From a bacterium (GTDB lineage: Bacteria > Bdellovibrionota_G > JALEGL01), in contig JALEGL010000008.1 of assembly GCA_022763185.1 (NCBI GenBank), positions 67,012-131,011 of the forward strand: 64,000 nt of DNA, given 5' to 3'. Position 1 is the stretch's first letter, and each line of letters starts with the position of its first letter. A program made the position numbers and the translations under genes. Of this stretch, positions 60,216-64,000 are shown piece by piece. Under the pieces are notes generated by a model. The model was not told where the DNA came from. It made no database searches and saw nothing but the letters and a program-made list of their open reading frames with translations.

Positions 60216-62057
60216 TTGAAGTCAAATCGAGTTTTTTTATGGTTATTGTTGGCAGTATTGTTTTTTTTGGTTTTTCAATCTTTTGAAAACTTTTCGCAGG
60301 AAAAACCTTTGGAGTTGTCATACAGTGACTTTAGAAAAAGTGTTAGAGCGGGACATGTTAAAAGTATTGAAGTTGGTCAGGAAAGATTAAAAGGTCAGTT
60401 TTTTTCTAAAAAAGAAAATGAGAGTATCTCTTCTGAAATAGATGAAAAAATATTTACAAGCAACTGGTTTGGTGAGGCAGATGAGCTGGTACAGTTTCTT
60501 GAAGAAAATGCTGTTGAAGATATAAAATTAGAATCTTTTAGCAGGCAGGGGTTTTTAAGGAATATTCTGCTCTGGACAGTGCCCTTTATTTTTGGATTTA
60601 TTTTATTGTTGTTTTTATTGCGGCAAGTTCAGTCTGGTAATGGCAAAGCCATGAGCTTTGGTAAATCTAAGATAAGAATTGCTGACCCTAAAAAAACGAG
60701 AGTGACCTTTGCAGATGTTGCTGGGGTTGAAGAAGCAAAAGAAGAACTTGAAGAGGTTATCGACTTTTTAAAATCACCTAAAAAATATACGGTGCTTGGC
60801 GCTAAAATACCAAAAGGGGTCATGTTGGTAGGAGCCCCAGGAACAGGTAAAACACTGTTGGCTAAAGCAGTTGCGGGTGAGGCGCATGTTCCTTTTTTAA
60901 CAATATCTGGTTCTGATTTTGTGGAGATGTTTGTTGGTGTTGGTGCTTCTCGCGTACGTGACTTATTTGAACAAGCCAAAAAATCAGCACCGTGTATTGT
61001 GTTTGTTGATGAAATCGATGCTGTAGGAAGAAAACGAGGAGCTGGTTTAGGTGGCGGTCATGATGAGAGAGAGCAAACTTTAAATCAACTGTTAGTGGAA
61101 ATGGATGGTTTTGAAGACAACAATGGCATAATCATGATGGCGGCAACCAACCGTCCAGATGTATTAGACTCTGCCTTGTTAAGACCAGGGCGTTTTGATC
61201 GACAAGTTATTGTATCTAGACCTGACTTGAAGGGTAGAGAGGGAATATTAAGAGTTCATACCAAAAACACACCTTTAAATGAAGACGTTGATCTTAACAC
61301 CTTAGCAAGAGCAACATCAGGTTTTACAGGTGCAGACATACATAATCTTGTAAATGAAGCGGCTTTGATGGCCGCTAAACAAGGCTTGAAAACAATTACT
61401 ATGGATTGTTTTGAAGAAGCCAAAGATAAAGTTATTTTGGGCAAGGAAAGAAAAACAACAATCATGAATGAACATGATAAAAAACTGACTTCATACCATG
61501 AAGCTGGGCATGCTTTGGTCGCTAAGCTTTTGCCAGACACAGACCCCGTTCATAAAGTGACCATTATTCCCAGGGGTATGGCTCTAGGGGTAACCCATCA
61601 AATGCCAACTGAAGATCGCTATACTTTAAGTCAAAATCAAGCTGAGTCTAGTATAGCCATATTAATGGGAGGACGTTTGGCAGAAGAGATTGTTTTTAAA
61701 ATGAAGTGTAACGGCGCATCCAATGACATTGAAAAAGCAACCGAACTAGCAAGAAGAATGGTTTGTGAATGGGGAATGAGCAGCATTTTAGGACCCATTG
61801 CTTTTGGTCAAAATGATCAAGAAATTTTTCTAGCCAAAGAAGTTGGGCATCAATCCAACTACAGTGAGAAAACGGCTCAGCAAGTTGATGCTGAAATTAA
61901 AAAAATCATTGATAGAAACTATAAAAAAGCAAAAGATTTGCTGCAAAAAAACAGAAAAACTTTAGATAAAATTGCTTTGACTTTACTTGAAAAAGAAACT
62001 TTATCAGGAAAAGATTTGGATGTTTTGATGGCAGGACAGGAACTGTCTAAGGCTTAA
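60216..62057 (+). CDS. ftsH: ATP-dependent zinc metalloprotease FtsH
   Basis: Two TM helices, [20 protein letters not shown] ([20 protein letters not shown]), HEAGH. Confidence 0.98.
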   Translation: MKSNRVFLWLLLAVLFFLVFQSFENFSQEKPLELSYSDFRKSVRAGHVKSIEVGQERLKGQFFSKKENESISSEIDEKIFTSNWFGEADELVQFLEENAVEDIKLESFSRQGFLRNILLWTVPFIFGFILLLFLLRQVQSGNGKAMSFGKSKIRIADPKKTRVTFADVAGVEEAKEELEEVIDFLKSPKKYTVLGAKIPKGVMLVGAPGTGKTLLAKAVAGEAHVPFLTISGSDFVEMFVGVGASRVRDLFEQAKKSAPCIVFVDEIDAVGRKRGAGLGGGHDEREQTLNQLLVEMDGFEDNNGIIMMAATNRPDVLDSALLRPGRFDRQVIVSRPDLKGREGILRVHTKNTPLNEDVDLNTLARATSGFTGADIHNLVNEAALMAAKQGLKTITMDCFEEAKDKVILGKERKTTIMNEHDKKLTSYHEAGHALVAKLLPDTDPVHKVTIIPRGMALGVTHQMPTEDRYTLSQNQAESSIAILMGGRLAEEIVFKMKCNGASNDIEKATELARRMVCEWGMSSILGPIAFGQNDQEIFLAKEVGHQSNYSEKTAQQVDAEIKKIIDRNYKKAKDLLQKNRKTLDKIALTLLEKETLSGKDLDVLMAGQELSKA

Positions 62058-62220
62058 CCAATAGTAAAGGGCATCAATAACCAAATAATTTGAGAATATT
62101 TTATGTCTGAGTAATCTTCATTAAGAAATATATGTAATTTATTTGCTGGAGAGCGTTTGCTTCTGATAGACTATAAAATACAGTGTCAATGCAATCTATA
62201 GATAGTTTAAAAGAATCCTG

Positions 62221-63006
62221 ATGATAGAAATGCTGCAATCCATTGTAGATTATTTTACCTCTCATTCAATTATTGATTTAATCGATATCATTGCCGTATC
62301 GCTGATTGTTTTTGCTTTTTTACGTTTTATTAAAGGAACAAGAGCAATATACATGCTGATAGGCTTAAGCTTTGCCTTATTGGTTTTTTGGTTGTCTTTG
62401 GTGTTTAATTTGCAGACCCTGAATTGGATTTTATCGCATTTACTCAGTAGCTTAGTGTTTATATTGATTATATTATTTCAAGCCGAAATTAGAAGAATGC
62501 TAACACGCGTGGGTAGAGCCCCAGTGTTTTCATTTCTTGATACAGCCAATGAATCAAGAGCCATTGAAGAGTTGGTTAAAGCGTGTACATCTTTGGCCAA
62601 TAGAAAGATAGGTGCATTGATTGTTATTCAAAAAGAAGCAGATGTCATGGAGTATATTGATGTGGGAGTCAAGCTCGATGCACTGGTTTCAAAAGAGTTA
62701 ATCTCAAGTATCTTTTTACCCTCATCGCCTATTCATGATGGAGCAATCGTTGTTAAGCAAGATCAAATTTTAGCTGCCGGGTGTTTTTTACCCTTATTGA
62801 TGTCAAGCAAGATCAACAAGAATCTTGGTACACGTCATAGAGCTGCTGTTGGTATTACAGAAGAAACCGATGCATTGGTGATTGTTGTTTCTGAAGAGAA
62901 AGGGTGGATTTCAATAGCTAAAGAAGGCCAACTCTTAAGTGGTATAGAAGCAACTAAACTAAAAGAGCTCTTAGCTCAGAATATGCTTTTTGGAGCAAAA
63001 GCATGA
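62221..63006 (+). CDS. cdaA: Membrane diadenylate cyclase CdaA/DacA
   Basis: Three N-terminal TMs, FQAEIRR, IGALIVI, HDGA and GTRHRAA catalytic motifs, VVSEE. Confidence 0.95.
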   Translation: MIEMLQSIVDYFTSHSIIDLIDIIAVSLIVFAFLRFIKGTRAIYMLIGLSFALLVFWLSLVFNLQTLNWILSHLLSSLVFILIILFQAEIRRMLTRVGRAPVFSFLDTANESRAIEELVKACTSLANRKIGALIVIQKEADVMEYIDVGVKLDALVSKELISSIFLPSSPIHDGAIVVKQDQILAAGCFLPLLMSSKINKNLGTRHRAAVGITEETDALVIVVSEEKGWISIAKEGQLLSGIEATKLKELLAQNMLFGAKA

Positions 63007-63938
63007 AGAAGAATAGTAGGTTTTTAATGCAGTTGATGGCCTCTAAAGCGGACCTTGCACTTAAGCTGCTCTCCGTTTTTATTGCTTTGGTGTTGTGGAC
63101 TTACGTTAAAAGTGAGCAAAAACAACAGCGTAGTTTAGATGTTGAGCTTGAGCTGGTCAATGTGCCAGAACATCTTATGTTGGAAAGAGAGATCGATGCC
63201 CAAATCAAAGTTAGGGTTTTGGGACCAAAAAGTAGAGTAGAGAATATGAATCAAGAGTACTTAGGTACCTTGCCTCTTGATCTCAGTCAGAGCCATATTG
63301 GGTTGAATACTTTTTGGATACAAGAAGATGATTTTAAGCTGCCCTATGGGATAAAAATAGATCGTATCATGCCTCAAATTATTCGTATTGACTTAGACAA
63401 GGCCATCACTAAAACCCTTCCGGTTTTACCTAAATTTGTTGGTAAATTACCTGAAGGCTTTGAAATGACTTCATATGATCTTGATCCAGAAGCGGTAACC
63501 GTTAAAGGAACCCAAAGGAGCATGCAGTCTCTAAAAAAACTATATACTACGGATATCGACTTGAATAGCATGCGTTCTTATTATGAACAAGAAGTTCCCA
63601 TAGATACCAGTACGCTTAATGTTAAATTGCAAGCTGACTCAGCTTTGCTGCGGGTAAATATTAAAGAGAACATGGTCAGCAAAGTGTTGAAGAAAGTTGT
63701 TGTTCAGCATGATCGTGAGCAGTATCGGGTTAATCCCAAGTATGTCAATATTACCGTAGAGGGTATGGCCGGAGATATGCTGTCACTCGATCAAAAAAAC
63801 ATTAATGTAGAAATAGAAGCCTTACCCAATTTGTTTAAACCTGCCGTTAACCTTGTACCCACTGTAACTGGGTTACCTAAAAATGTTGCGTATACAATTT
63901 CTCCGGATAAAGTCAGAGTGCAAAAAATTAAGAAGTAG
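63003..63938 (+). CDS. cdaR: CdaR/YbbR-domain regulator of diadenylate cyclase
   Basis: KLLSVFIALVLWTYV TM anchor, repeated V.V.G/P..V.V.G YbbR-type units; ATGA overlap with cdaA. Confidence 0.88.
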   Translation: MKKNSRFLMQLMASKADLALKLLSVFIALVLWTYVKSEQKQQRSLDVELELVNVPEHLMLEREIDAQIKVRVLGPKSRVENMNQEYLGTLPLDLSQSHIGLNTFWIQEDDFKLPYGIKIDRIMPQIIRIDLDKAITKTLPVLPKFVGKLPEGFEMTSYDLDPEAVTVKGTQRSMQSLKKLYTTDIDLNSMRSYYEQEVPIDTSTLNVKLQADSALLRVNIKENMVSKVLKKVVVQHDREQYRVNPKYVNITVEGMAGDMLSLDQKNINVEIEALPNLFKPAVNLVPTVTGLPKNVAYTISPDKVRVQKIKK

Positions 63939-64000
63939 TGGATCAATGAATCTTTAATAAATTAAATATATAGAAGAAAATATAATTTGGAGTTAAGAAA

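Noticed and set aside
1..64000. CRISPR arrays, IS elements, prophage genes, rRNA, selenoprotein or alternative-code signals
   Set aside because: No regularly spaced repeats, transposase/integrase/phage motifs or rRNA-like sequence seen; conserved genes translate full length with the standard code.

Overview
AT-rich (roughly mid-30s % GC, judged by eye) chromosomal window of a diderm bacterium of the former 'deltaproteobacterial' grade (Bdellovibrionota/Myxococcota-related; inferred from a Glt/Nfs-type operon, tilS-ftsH-cdaA-cdaR synteny and an RRM protein). It is probably marine and sunlit-water adapted: complete Na+-NQR operon with apbE/nqrM, Na+-type membrane PPase, Na+:solute symporter, PhoX and a (6-4) photolyase. 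Most of the window is housekeeping: Rep/UvrD helicase, mutM, thyA-folA, recQ, FKBP, DsbD/redoxin, sufE, leuS, tRNA-Thr(CGT), topA, glpX, hemB, HIT, msrB-msrA fusion, AsmA, trmH, pgi. I saw no integrase, transposase, prophage or CRISPR array. The most interesting signals are: (1) a compact single-operon Glt/Nfs-like trans-envelope machine with an apparent GltD-GltE fusion, a lipidated GltC, only one GltA/B barrel, and a convergent FHA-TM-TonB_C gene; (2) Gln at +1 of about 8 of 12 predicted signal-peptidase-I substrates, resembling the Bacteroidetes 'Q-rule' in a non-Bacteroidetes genome; (3) several orphan secreted proteins (EreA/ChaN/TraB-like motif set; membrane-inserting coiled-coil candidate); (4) repeated use of zinc-free enzyme variants; (5) a ~70-85 bp structured intergenic palindrome. 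All family calls come from recognising motifs by eye; no database searches were run.
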